Both the position numbers and the translations under genes were made by a program. From assembly GCA_964386485.1 (NCBI GenBank), contig CAYLTH010000004.1, forward strand, positions 318 to 64,317: a stretch of 64,000 bases of DNA, in the 5' to 3' direction. The notes under the pieces were generated by a model, which was not told the DNA's origin, did no database searches, and saw only the letters and a program-made list of their open reading frames with translations. Each line of letters begins with the position of its first letter. The stretch's first letter is position 1. The stretch is from an uncultured Bacteroidales bacterium. Its GTDB lineage: Bacteria; Bacteroidota; Bacteroidia; Bacteroidales; CAIXZF01. Below, piece after piece: positions 1 through 8,041 of this stretch.

Positions 1-1269
1 GGTAGTTGATGTATGGTGGATATTTCCAGCCAGTGCCAGACCATTGATATACAGGCTGTCGAAGGTGGCTGTTTCTGCCCCACCTGAACCATTGATAACG
101 AGGTCAGTAACATTAGCTATTACGTGAACATCCATCATTTTCGCAGGAGCCATCGGATCATTCACTGATTTCATGGACAGGCGGAAAGAAGGTAAAGCCG
201 GTGTCATACCAGGGATAACAGCAATATTTACTGCTTTTGGATTAGCCGGATCTATCGCCACAGTAGCAGTTGATGTATACAAATTCATATCAATCTCAAA
301 ACCTGCCTGCCAGTCGGAAGGCAAATTTGTGGATGTCAGGGTGAATTCAAAATCAGACAAATTCTGAAGCGCACTTTCGGCAGTTGTGTTAAAAATTACA
401 GGAGTGGCAGCTGTTCCGGCCTTGATGATTTCGGTTGGAGCTGTAATCTGTCCGATATATTTGTTGGTACCGCCAACAGCATAAACAACATCGCCTGAGT
501 AGATCTTCTGTTGCGATTCGGCAACAAAAACGGCAATATGGCAATCTTCAACCAGACAATTAATATTATTGTAGGCAGTTGGAACAACATAGGTGTATGT
601 TCTGGAAACCAGTCTGCCCAAAGCAGTATTGTTAATGGTATCACCCCATTGTCCGGTAATCATATGACGAAGCATATGTTTATGATGATAATTGTTTCCG
701 GCTCCGCCATTGGTTTGCGGTCCGTAGATACTATCCTGCAGAAGTACAACATTCAGATAATTAGTTGCAGCCGGGCTGGCAGCAGTATAATAGGCCTCAA
801 CGGTGATAGTCAGCGTGCGGCTTGGTGCATCATACATTGATTCAATACCAACATTGACAGGTGAAATTTGACTCATGAGGGTTGTGGCGGCAGCTCCCCA
901 GGCACTGCGGTTGAGGGCGGTGGTAGTTGCTCCATTGAACAGATCCCGGTTAACAGTTCCGGAAGGATAGCCTGTTAAGGCAGTCTGACCAGCCAGTGCA
1001 TCACCAAAAGGAGTCCGGTAATCTGGTTCTCCGGCTGAGGGAACAGAAAAACTACCCTGATGTATATTTATCAACACAACTCTGCCTGGATTGGCATCAG
1101 CTATTGCCTGAGAAATAGCATGTCCGTCAGGACAATACTGGCAGTGAATTCCGGTATATTCTTCCAACACAACATTTTTCTGTTGAGGAACGGTTGAAAC
1201 CAAAACCTGAGCAATAGAACTATTGATTATCACCATGATAACAAATAGAGAGAGGACTAATTTTTTCAT
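1..1269 (-). CDS. Omp28-related / thioredoxin-fold outer-membrane protein (C-terminal end runs off the window start)
   Basis: Absent from the ORF track because the window edge truncates it. My minus-strand translation from the ATG at 1269-1267 stays open to position 1. It begins MKKLVLSLFVIMVIINSSIAQ (signal peptide), followed by EEYTGIHCQYCPDGH, a CxxC motif in a context I associate with Bacteroidota Omp28-related proteins. The plus-strand track ORFs at 173-840 are antisense to it. Confidence 0.7.
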   Translation of the reverse strand, partial: MKKLVLSLFVIMVIINSSIAQVLVSTVPQQKNVVLEEYTGIHCQYCPDGHAISQAIADANPGRVVLINIHQGSFSVPSAGEPDYRTPFGDALAGQTALTGYPSGTVNRDLFNGATTTALNRSAWGAAATTLMSQISPVNVGIESMYDAPSRTLTITVEAYYTAASPAATNYLNVVLLQDSIYGPQTNGGAGNNYHHKHMLRHMITGQWGDTINNTALGRLVSRTYTYVVPTAYNNINCLVEDCHIAVFVAESQQKIYSGDVVYAVGGTNKYIGQITAPTEIIKAGTAATPVIFNTTAESALQNLSDFEFTLTSTNLPSDWQAGFEIDMNLYTSTATVAIDPANPKAVNIAVIPGMTPALPSFRLSMKSVNDPMAPAKMMDVHVIANVTDLVINGSGGAETATFDSLYINGLALAGNIHHTSTT

Positions 1270-1392
1270 AGGCACAATTTAGATTTAGAATATACAAAAA
1301 TACATATTATTAAATACATCCGGTTGAAGGAGGTAAAAAGTATCCGCTGGTTTTTACCTATTTATATTCATTTTAAATTTCTGACAGATTGA

Positions 1393-1408
1393 TGTTAGCG
1401 CATTAACA
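1393..1408. promoter_or_regulatory. Candidate CRP/FNR-family operator, TGTTA-GCGCAT-TAACA (perfect 5-N6-5 inverted repeat)
   Basis: Read directly from the sequence. It lies in the divergent region between the Omp28-like gene and the 2-oxoacid oxidoreductase operon, roughly 25 nt upstream of a near-consensus -7 box (TAACTTCG, 1425-1432). A second copy is at 13117-13132. Confidence 0.3.
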
Positions 1409-1475
1409 GCTGGTATATATTCTGTAACTTCGCGGCAATAAACACATTTACTCATCATTCAACAAAAATCAGGCT

Positions 1476-1703
1476 ATGGCAAAAGTAAAAGGCTCGATCG
1501 TGATTGATACAGAGCACTGTAAAGGCTGTGAGGTATGCGTACCTGCCTGCCCGGAAGATGTCATCGCGATGGCAAAGCAAGTTAATAAAAAAGGATATAA
1601 GTATGCACAAACCGTCAACGACAACTGCACGGGATGTACAAACTGTGCGGTAGTTTGCCCCGATGGGGTTATTACTGTGTATAGGATGAAATTAGTCGAA
1701 TAA
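1476..1703 (+). CDS. 2-oxoacid:ferredoxin oxidoreductase, delta (2x[4Fe-4S] ferredoxin-like) subunit
   Basis: 75 aa with two CxxCxxCxxxCP motifs (CKGCEVCVPACP, CTGCTNCAVVCP). First gene of a tightly spaced four-gene set. Confidence 0.85.
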   Translation: MAKVKGSIVIDTEHCKGCEVCVPACPEDVIAMAKQVNKKGYKYAQTVNDNCTGCTNCAVVCPDGVITVYRMKLVE

Positions 1704-1720
1704 CAAAATACTCAGGATTA

Positions 1721-2806
1721 ATGAAAGAGCTCAGATTAATGAAAGGCAATGAAGCCATTTCAGAAGCGGCAATTCGTGCTGGATGTGACGGATATTTCGG
1801 TTATCCGATCACACCGCAATCGGAAATTCTTGAATATCTGATGGCAGAAAAGCCATTTGAGAAAACCGGAATGGTTGTTTTACAGGCAGAAAGTGAAACT
1901 GCATCTATTAATATGGTATACGGCGGTGCTGCCTGTGGTAAAAAAGTATTTACATCCTCCTCCAGTCCGGGTATCAGCCTGATGCAGGAAGGTTTATCGT
2001 ATATAGCCGGAGCAGAACTTCCTGCTCTGATCGTTAATGTTGTTCGTGGTGGTCCCGGTCTTGGTACTATTCAACCTTCACAAGCCGATTATTTTCAGTC
2101 GGTAAAAGGTGGCGGACATGGTGATTACAAACTTATCACCCTGGCACCCAGTTCTGTACAGGAAATGTATGATTTTGTTGGTCAGGGTTTTGACCTTGCT
2201 TTCAAATACCGCAACCCGGTTTTGATTCTGAGTGATGGTGCTATCGGGCAGATGATGGAAAAAGTCTATCTTGAAGATTATAAACCACGCTGGACCGAAG
2301 ATGAAATCAGAAAAATGAGTCCATGGGCTACTTTGGGAAAACCAGCTGATTCTGAACGAACTATTATTACCTCACTGGAATTGGAATCTGCAAAACAGGA
2401 AAAGGTGAATCTTCGGATTCAGGCCAAGTACCGTGAAGTGGAAGCTCATGAAGTGCGTTATGAAGAAATACATGTAGATGATGCTGATTATCTGTTTGTT
2501 GCCTATGGAACAAGCAGCCGTATTTGCCAGAAATCAATCGAGCTTGGCCGCGCAAGGGGGCTGAAAATTGGTTTATTCCGCCCGATCACCCTCTATCCTT
2601 TCCCTGCTGTACGCCTCCACGAACTGGCCGGCAGAGTTAAAGGAATGCTGAGTGTCGAAATGAGTGCAGGCCAGATGGTCGAAGATGTAAAATTAAGCGT
2701 TGAAGGCAGAACCCCGGTAGAACATTTCGGTCGGTTTGGTGGTATTATCCCCTCACCCGATGAAATCCTGCATGCAATGGAAACCAAACTGATGGGAGGA
2801 AAATAA
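1721..2806 (+). CDS. 2-oxoacid:ferredoxin oxidoreductase alpha subunit (KorA/VorB type)
   Basis: 361 aa. The N-terminus (GNEAISEAAIRAGCDGYFGYPITPQSEI) is typical of the OFOR alpha subunit. The stop is 1 nt before the beta subunit start. Confidence 0.9.
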   Translation: MKELRLMKGNEAISEAAIRAGCDGYFGYPITPQSEILEYLMAEKPFEKTGMVVLQAESETASINMVYGGAACGKKVFTSSSSPGISLMQEGLSYIAGAELPALIVNVVRGGPGLGTIQPSQADYFQSVKGGGHGDYKLITLAPSSVQEMYDFVGQGFDLAFKYRNPVLILSDGAIGQMMEKVYLEDYKPRWTEDEIRKMSPWATLGKPADSERTIITSLELESAKQEKVNLRIQAKYREVEAHEVRYEEIHVDDADYLFVAYGTSSRICQKSIELGRARGLKIGLFRPITLYPFPAVRLHELAGRVKGMLSVEMSAGQMVEDVKLSVEGRTPVEHFGRFGGIIPSPDEILHAMETKLMGGK

Positions 2807-2807
2807 T

Positions 2808-3587
2808 ATGGCTACAATTACAGAAGCAGACATCAGGAAACCCGAAAACCTGGTCTATAAAAGAACCAACGTCCTCACCGACAATGTGATGAGTTATTGT
2901 CCGGGTTGTGGTCATGGAACTGCACACCGTATCATCGCAGAAGTAATTGAAGAAATGGGCATACAGGATAAAACCATCGGAGTTGCTCCGGTTGGATGTA
3001 GTGTATTGGCTTATAATTTCTTTAATATTGATATGCAACAGGCCGCTCATGGCCGCGCTCCCGCCGTTGGTACTGCAATCAAACGACTTCTTCCCGATCA
3101 TTTTGTATTCACCTATCAGGGTGATGGCGATTTGGCAGCAATCGGAACTGCAGAAACGATCCATGCCTGCAACCGTGGCGAGAATATGACCATGATCTTT
3201 ATCAATAACGGGATTTACGGGATGACAGGCGGACAAATGGCTCCAACCACCCTGCCTGGCATGAAATCGTCAACCTCCCCCTATGGCCGCGATGTCGCTA
3301 CAATGGGTAATCCATTAAAAATCACAGAATTACTGGCACAATTACCCGGAACAATCTATGTTGCCCGGCATGCTGTTCACACCCCTGCAGCCGTCCGCAA
3401 AGCAAAAAAAGCAGTTCGTAAAGCGTTCGAAAATCAGAAATTAAACAGAGGAACTTCCTTTATAGAGATTGTTTCAAATTGTAATTCCGGATGGAAAATG
3501 ACCCCGAACCAATCGAACAAATGGATGGAAGAAAATATGTTTCCATACTATCCAATGGGCGAAATTAAAGATGTTATCGGGAAGTAA
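2808..3587 (+). CDS. 2-oxoacid:ferredoxin oxidoreductase beta (thiamine-diphosphate-binding) subunit
   Basis: 259 aa. Carries the CPGCGHG cluster motif and a GDGD...NN TPP-binding signature (YQGDGDLAAIG...FINNGIYGMTGGQ). Confidence 0.9.
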   Translation: MATITEADIRKPENLVYKRTNVLTDNVMSYCPGCGHGTAHRIIAEVIEEMGIQDKTIGVAPVGCSVLAYNFFNIDMQQAAHGRAPAVGTAIKRLLPDHFVFTYQGDGDLAAIGTAETIHACNRGENMTMIFINNGIYGMTGGQMAPTTLPGMKSSTSPYGRDVATMGNPLKITELLAQLPGTIYVARHAVHTPAAVRKAKKAVRKAFENQKLNRGTSFIEIVSNCNSGWKMTPNQSNKWMEENMFPYYPMGEIKDVIGK

Positions 3588-3619
3588 ACCCTTAGATTAA
3601 TCAGTTAAAATTCAAGCAT

Positions 3620-4171
3620 ATGACTGAAGAAATTATTATTGCAGGATTTGGTGGACAAGGTGTTTTATCCATGGGCAAAATCCTTGCCTATTCCGGAGTT
3701 ATGGAAGAAAAGGAAGTAAGCTGGATGCCAAGTTATGGTCCTGAAATGCGCGGTGGAACTGCCAATGTTACGGTTATCGTCTCCGATGAACGAATCAGCT
3801 CCCCTATTCTGAGCACATACGATACCGCAATTATCCTCAACCAGCAATCCATGGATAAATTCGAAAGCATGGTTAAACCCGGAGGATTGCTGATCTATGA
3901 CGGAAATGGAATTACCCGCCATCCCGAACGAAAAGACATTAATATTTACCGCGTTGATGCCGCTGATGAAGCCGCAAAAATTGGCCTGTCAAAAGTATTC
4001 AACATGATAGTTCTGGGTGCCTTCCTGAAACTCAAACCCATCGTTGGTGATGAATACGTTCACAAAGGACTTGAAAAATCACTCCCAAAACGCCACCATG
4101 GCATGATCCCCGAAAATGAACGGGCCATTGCTTTGGGTAAAGAAATTGTGAAAGCAATTCAGACTGTCTAA
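3620..4171 (+). CDS. 2-oxoacid:ferredoxin oxidoreductase gamma subunit
   Basis: 183 aa. The N-terminus (IIIAGFGGQGVLSMGKILA ... SYGPEMRGG) is typical of the gamma subunit. Last gene of the operon. Confidence 0.9.
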   Translation: MTEEIIIAGFGGQGVLSMGKILAYSGVMEEKEVSWMPSYGPEMRGGTANVTVIVSDERISSPILSTYDTAIILNQQSMDKFESMVKPGGLLIYDGNGITRHPERKDINIYRVDAADEAAKIGLSKVFNMIVLGAFLKLKPIVGDEYVHKGLEKSLPKRHHGMIPENERAIALGKEIVKAIQTV

Positions 4172-4217
4172 AAGGCAGGTTTTATCTATTAAAAAAAACA
4201 GTAGAGACAAGGCATGC

Positions 4218-4263
4218 AAAAAACAGTAGAGACAAGGCATGCCTTGTCTCTACTGTTTTTTTT
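4218..4263. terminator. Bidirectional rho-independent terminator (perfect 32-nt palindrome flanked by A6 and T8)
   Basis: CAGTAGAGACAAGGCATGCCTTGTCTCTACTG at 4224-4255 is a perfect palindrome. A-run 4218-4223 and T-run 4256-4263 flank it. It sits between the converging kor operon and the HTH gene. Confidence 0.9.
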
Positions 4264-4293
4264 GCCTGTGATTACTATTTTTTTGCCCCGTCT

Positions 4294-4812
4294 CTATTCA
4301 AAATTCATTACCAGGCGTTTGCCAAACCCTGCTTCTACAATTTTCCGAAGTGTAATCCACTCAATATCTGAACGATTCTTTTCAATTCGGGAGATATAAT
4401 TTTTTGTTGTCCCTGATTTTTCAGCCAGTTCCTGTTGTCCCATCCCCATGGCCAACCGCATTTCCCTAATTAATTTTCCGGGCAAGTACGGATCATCCTC
4501 GATTAAAACACTATTCATATAAAGTGATTCCGGAGATGGTTCATAAGGATAATATTGCTCATGTCCTTTATCATTTAAAAGACTGATGCTGATGTTTTTC
4601 CATGATAATGTGCCATTATCGAGCGTAAGTTGCTTAAATGCTTTAGGATCCTTTAAACCATACTCCGGATCCGGTTCTCCAACTTCCCAGACATTGAAAA
4701 GATTCGTAAAATCAATTTTGCGCTTTTCCCCGTTGTTAAACATACAAATGACCTCGAAACCATTGATTTCAAGAATTTTTAGGATTCTGGGCATTGTTCT
4801 TTTGCGTTTCAT
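4294..4812 (-). CDS. DUF2442-like domain fused to a C-terminal XRE-type helix-turn-helix (putative antitoxin/regulator)
   Basis: 172 aa. The N-terminal part (ILKILEINGFEVICMFNNGEKRKIDF...GTLSW) matches the DUF2442 pattern. The C-terminal part (LIREMRLAMGMGQQELAEKSGTTKNYISRIEKNRSDI) is a classic XRE HTH. Its ATG overlaps the upstream stop as ATGA. Confidence 0.75.
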   Translation of the reverse strand: MKRKRTMPRILKILEINGFEVICMFNNGEKRKIDFTNLFNVWEVGEPDPEYGLKDPKAFKQLTLDNGTLSWKNISISLLNDKGHEQYYPYEPSPESLYMNSVLIEDDPYLPGKLIREMRLAMGMGQQELAEKSGTTKNYISRIEKNRSDIEWITLRKIVEAGFGKRLVMNFE

Positions 4813-5045
4813 AGGTCCGGGTTTAATCGGTTAAAGTTTTTTAATATTAATTCCTTGTTTTGTTCAATCCACTTGCGGATTGCCCTTTCTTTGGATAATG
4901 GGATCGTACCGGAGATTTTCTCCAGGGTAGTAAGATCGATCGTCATTTCATATTCTGCATATAAAACATGAAAATGCGCCGGCCTGTGTTCCCGTGAATA
5001 AACACAAATACGAATTCCGTCTATATTGATTAAAGTTGGGGACAA
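4809..5045 (-). CDS. DUF4160 family protein (putative toxin partner)
   Basis: 78 aa. IRICVYSREHRPAHFHVLYAEYEMTIDL matches the DUF4160 H-x-P-x-HFH core. It has a 4-nt overlap with the downstream gene. Confidence 0.75.
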   Translation of the reverse strand: MSPTLINIDGIRICVYSREHRPAHFHVLYAEYEMTIDLTTLEKISGTIPLSKERAIRKWIEQNKELILKNFNRLNPDL

Positions 5046-5153
5046 AGTTACCTATTTAGGAAATTAAAGTCAAGTATTATTTTATATATATATGGTTTTT
5101 TTCAACCAAGTCGGAAGCAAAATCGAAAAAATAGTGAACTTTGAAGAAAAAAC

Positions 5154-6629
5154 GTGCGCTTGCGTAAACTCCTGTCAAATCATCCCCTCAGCTTTTGGAT
5201 CCTCCTTTTGGTGTTTGGGATTTTGTATGCACTGATCTCTTTGGTGAATCATTATAATTTCCGGACCTACGCGTTTGATCTGGGGATTTTCAATAACAGC
5301 CTGTACGATTATGCTCATTTCCAATGGGATAAGTGTACCGTAATGGAACCGGGTTTCAACAATGTATTAAGCGATCATTTCAACCTTATTCCGATTCTCA
5401 TCTCACCTCTATATTGGTTAACAGGCAGTTACACTTTTTTAATACTTCAGATTGCCGGTATATTGTGGGGAGCCGCTGGAATGTACCTGCTCGTTTACAA
5501 TCATGTTAAAAAAGAATGGGCCGGCTTATTGGCGATGGTACATTTTATGACCATGTGGGGTGTATTTTCTGCACTGGCCTATGATTATCATGATAATGTG
5601 ATGGCCGCCATGTTTATGCCCTGGTTTTTTCTGGCAATTCAAACCAATCGTATCCGGTATGCAGCGCTCTGGTTCAGCCTGATTCTCATCAGTAAAGAGA
5701 ATATGGCCTTCTGGATGATCTTTGTGTGTATCGGCATGATGTTGATTTACAGGCATGACCGAAACAAAATGAAAAAACTGGCGGTATTTTCCGGTTCAGC
5801 CCTTCTTTACTTTCTGTTGGTCATGATGGTAATTATGCCGGCACTGGCCGATCCGGGGAAACCCTATCAGCACTTCGATTATCAGGCACTGGGAAACTCG
5901 TTCGGAGAAGCCTTCAAACATCTGGTTACTCAGCCATTTCATTCGATTAGCCTTTTGTTTACCAATCACTTACCGGATTCACTTTACAATGGAATCAAAG
6001 GAGAACTCTGGCTCGCGGTCTTACTGAGTGGCGGACTGGCACTGCTGCTCAGACCTGCATTCTTCATCATGCTGATTCCAATCTTTGCCCAGAAATTGTT
6101 TAGTGATCATTTTGAATACTGGGGAATCAACAATCATTATTCCATCGAATTCGTTCCGGTTATTACCTATGCCGTATATTGGTTTATACAAGGTATTCAA
6201 AATCAACGCGTTCAAAAATATCTCGCGGTACTAATCCTTTTAATTTCTATTGGTGCCAGCTTTAGTTTTCTGGATCACCGGGTTTCTAAACACTATAAAC
6301 GGGCGAATCACCGTTTCTACCAACGCACTCATTATCAGCGCAATTTTGATGTTCAGGAAGTCCATAAATTCCTGAAAACCATTCCCATATCCACAAAAAT
6401 ATGCGCTCAGAATATGTTGGTTCCTCATCTGGCGTTTCGTGAAACAATCTATACTTTCCCGGTAATTAAAGATGCCGATATGATTGTTCTTCTTCCGGCA
6501 GACAGTGATACCTATCCGTTTGCAAAAGTTGATTACGATCGTAGGATTACCGAATTGCTTGAATCCGGAAAATGGAAGAAGCTGGATTCCCCCGAAAGCA
6601 TGCTGGTGCTGACATTAAAAAATGATTAA
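5154..6629 (+). CDS. Polytopic membrane protein, DUF2079-like (GT-C-like fold suspected)
   Basis: 491 aa with a GTG start. It has many hydrophobic segments followed by a soluble C-terminal domain. The N-terminal segment (NHYNFRTYAFDLGIFNNSLY) resembles the DUF2079 signature as I recall it. Confidence 0.55.
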   Translation: MRLRKLLSNHPLSFWILLLVFGILYALISLVNHYNFRTYAFDLGIFNNSLYDYAHFQWDKCTVMEPGFNNVLSDHFNLIPILISPLYWLTGSYTFLILQIAGILWGAAGMYLLVYNHVKKEWAGLLAMVHFMTMWGVFSALAYDYHDNVMAAMFMPWFFLAIQTNRIRYAALWFSLILISKENMAFWMIFVCIGMMLIYRHDRNKMKKLAVFSGSALLYFLLVMMVIMPALADPGKPYQHFDYQALGNSFGEAFKHLVTQPFHSISLLFTNHLPDSLYNGIKGELWLAVLLSGGLALLLRPAFFIMLIPIFAQKLFSDHFEYWGINNHYSIEFVPVITYAVYWFIQGIQNQRVQKYLAVLILLISIGASFSFLDHRVSKHYKRANHRFYQRTHYQRNFDVQEVHKFLKTIPISTKICAQNMLVPHLAFRETIYTFPVIKDADMIVLLPADSDTYPFAKVDYDRRITELLESGKWKKLDSPESMLVLTLKND

Positions 6630-6639
6630 AACCCTCAGG

Positions 6640-6706
6640 AAATCATCATCTCCTCATCATCAAATCATCAAATCATCAAATCTCCAAATCTTCAAATTCT
6701 CCCTCC
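6640..6706 (+). repeat. G-free tract with five consecutive 8-nt units (AAATCWTC-like, 6662-6701)
   Basis: No G occurs on the plus strand between 6640 and 6706. The units are aaatcatc aaatcatc aaatctcc aaatcttc aaattctc. The tract spans the stop codon of the minus-strand transporter and the gap to the DUF2079-like gene. Confidence 0.6.
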
Positions 6707-8031
6707 GATTTTGCAATAACCGCCGAAGCCAGGCAATTTCCGACCACATTCACGGCTGTGCGAGCCATATCCATGAGTTCATCAATACCCAGAATGATAA
6801 ATATGGGTTCGACAGGCAAACCAAAAGAGGCTGCAGTGCCCAATAATATCACAAGTGAAGCCCGTGGAACTCCGGCAACACCTTTGGATGTAAGCATCAG
6901 TGTGAGCATCATCACCAGCTGTTGTTCGAATGTAAGGTGAATCCCGGCTGCCTGCGCCACAAAAATACTGGCCAGACTGAGATAAAGAGTGGTTCCGTCA
7001 AGATTGAAACTATATCCGGTGGGTAATACGAATGCTACAATTTTACGCGGCACACCAAATTTCTCCATGTTCTCCATGGCCAGTGGCAACGCGGATTCCG
7101 AACTGGTTGTTGCAAATGCGATGGTGGCTGGTTCAGACACAGCTTTGATAAACCGTCTAACCGGAATCTTGTAAAACAATGCTATCGGAAGCAACACTGC
7201 AACCACGAAAAATAAGAGTGCCACATACAAAGTCATCAGCAATTTCAGCAGGTTCACCAGAATACCCAGTCCCATATGCCCTACGGTATAAGCAATGGCA
7301 GCACCAACCGCAACCGGGGCAAAGTACATGATCAGATTCGTGAACTTGAACATGGTTTCAGCCAGACTTTCCGAAAAACGCAACATGGGACTCCGGTATT
7401 TCTCACTTACCATGGCAAGCGCTATCCCGAAAAGAATGCTAAAAACCACGATCTGCAGGACCTGCCCTTCGTATACTGCTTTGGCAAAATTCTCCGGAAA
7501 AATATGCAAAATGATTTCCTGAAAAGTTTGCTTCTTAACCTCTTCAATTCCGGAATGTGCTACTGCCGGTAGTTGAATTCCCACACCAGCCTGACTTATA
7601 TTAATGGCAGCAAGTCCAATGAACAAGGCAATTGTGGACACAATTTCAAAATACAACAAGGATTTCCACCCCATGCGTCCTACCTGTTTCAGGCTGGAAT
7701 GCCCGGCAATTCCGACAACCAGGGTAGCGAACAAGAGCGGAGCAATGATGGTCTTGATCATCCGGAGGAATATCTTGCTGAAAATCTGGAGATTCACAGC
7801 AAATTCAGGAAAATCATGCCCGATTTCAGCACCAATAACCATGGAAATAAGAATCCAGGTTGTCAATGACTTACGCATCACAGTAAACCATATGAGTGAA
7901 CCGATAAAAACCCAGCGCATGGCGGTTAAAAAGACCGGATGAAAATCAATAACATGGAATTGATCAAGCATCTGCAGGATTGCAACAATACTCAATAGTC
8001 CAATCGTGGCAATTCCGGCTTTTCGTTTCAT
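6676..8031 (-). CDS. Dicarboxylate/amino acid:cation symporter (DAACS / GltP family)
   Basis: 451 aa. DAACS hallmarks are present: TTSSESALP, PTGYSFNLDGT, TSKGVAGVPRASLV and DELMDMARTAVNVVGN, with the substrate-carboxylate arginine retained. It starts 10 nt after the stop of the upstream Hdr-like gene. Confidence 0.9.
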   Translation of the reverse strand: MKRKAGIATIGLLSIVAILQMLDQFHVIDFHPVFLTAMRWVFIGSLIWFTVMRKSLTTWILISMVIGAEIGHDFPEFAVNLQIFSKIFLRMIKTIIAPLLFATLVVGIAGHSSLKQVGRMGWKSLLYFEIVSTIALFIGLAAINISQAGVGIQLPAVAHSGIEEVKKQTFQEIILHIFPENFAKAVYEGQVLQIVVFSILFGIALAMVSEKYRSPMLRFSESLAETMFKFTNLIMYFAPVAVGAAIAYTVGHMGLGILVNLLKLLMTLYVALLFFVVAVLLPIALFYKIPVRRFIKAVSEPATIAFATTSSESALPLAMENMEKFGVPRKIVAFVLPTGYSFNLDGTTLYLSLASIFVAQAAGIHLTFEQQLVMMLTLMLTSKGVAGVPRASLVILLGTAASFGLPVEPIFIILGIDELMDMARTAVNVVGNCLASAVIAKSEGEFEDLEI

Positions 8032-8041
8032 AGAAACATTT

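Noticed and set aside
173-840. Three track ORFs (64, 82 and 109 aa) at the window start
   Set aside because: They overlap the long edge-truncated minus-strand Omp28-like reading frame (1-1269). That frame has a signal peptide and a coherent sequence.
1331-1359. 9-bp stem hairpin AGGTAAAAA...TTTTTACCT as a terminator
   Set aside because: It lies between divergently transcribed genes, so no transcript is expected to end here. It has no proper U-tract in either orientation. It may be incidental AT-rich symmetry.
2745-3236. 163-aa minus-strand ORF
   Set aside because: It is antisense to the TPP-binding beta subunit of the oxidoreductase and is spurious.
1476-4171. Assigning a specific substrate (2-oxoglutarate versus branched-chain 2-oxoacid versus pyruvate) to the four-subunit oxidoreductase
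   Set aside because: Subunit sizes and motifs fit both KOR and VOR subfamilies. The substrate cannot be decided without phylogeny or biochemistry.
4214-4399. 61-aa plus-strand ORF
   Set aside because: It begins inside the terminator palindrome and runs antisense into the HTH gene. It is an artefact of the repeat.
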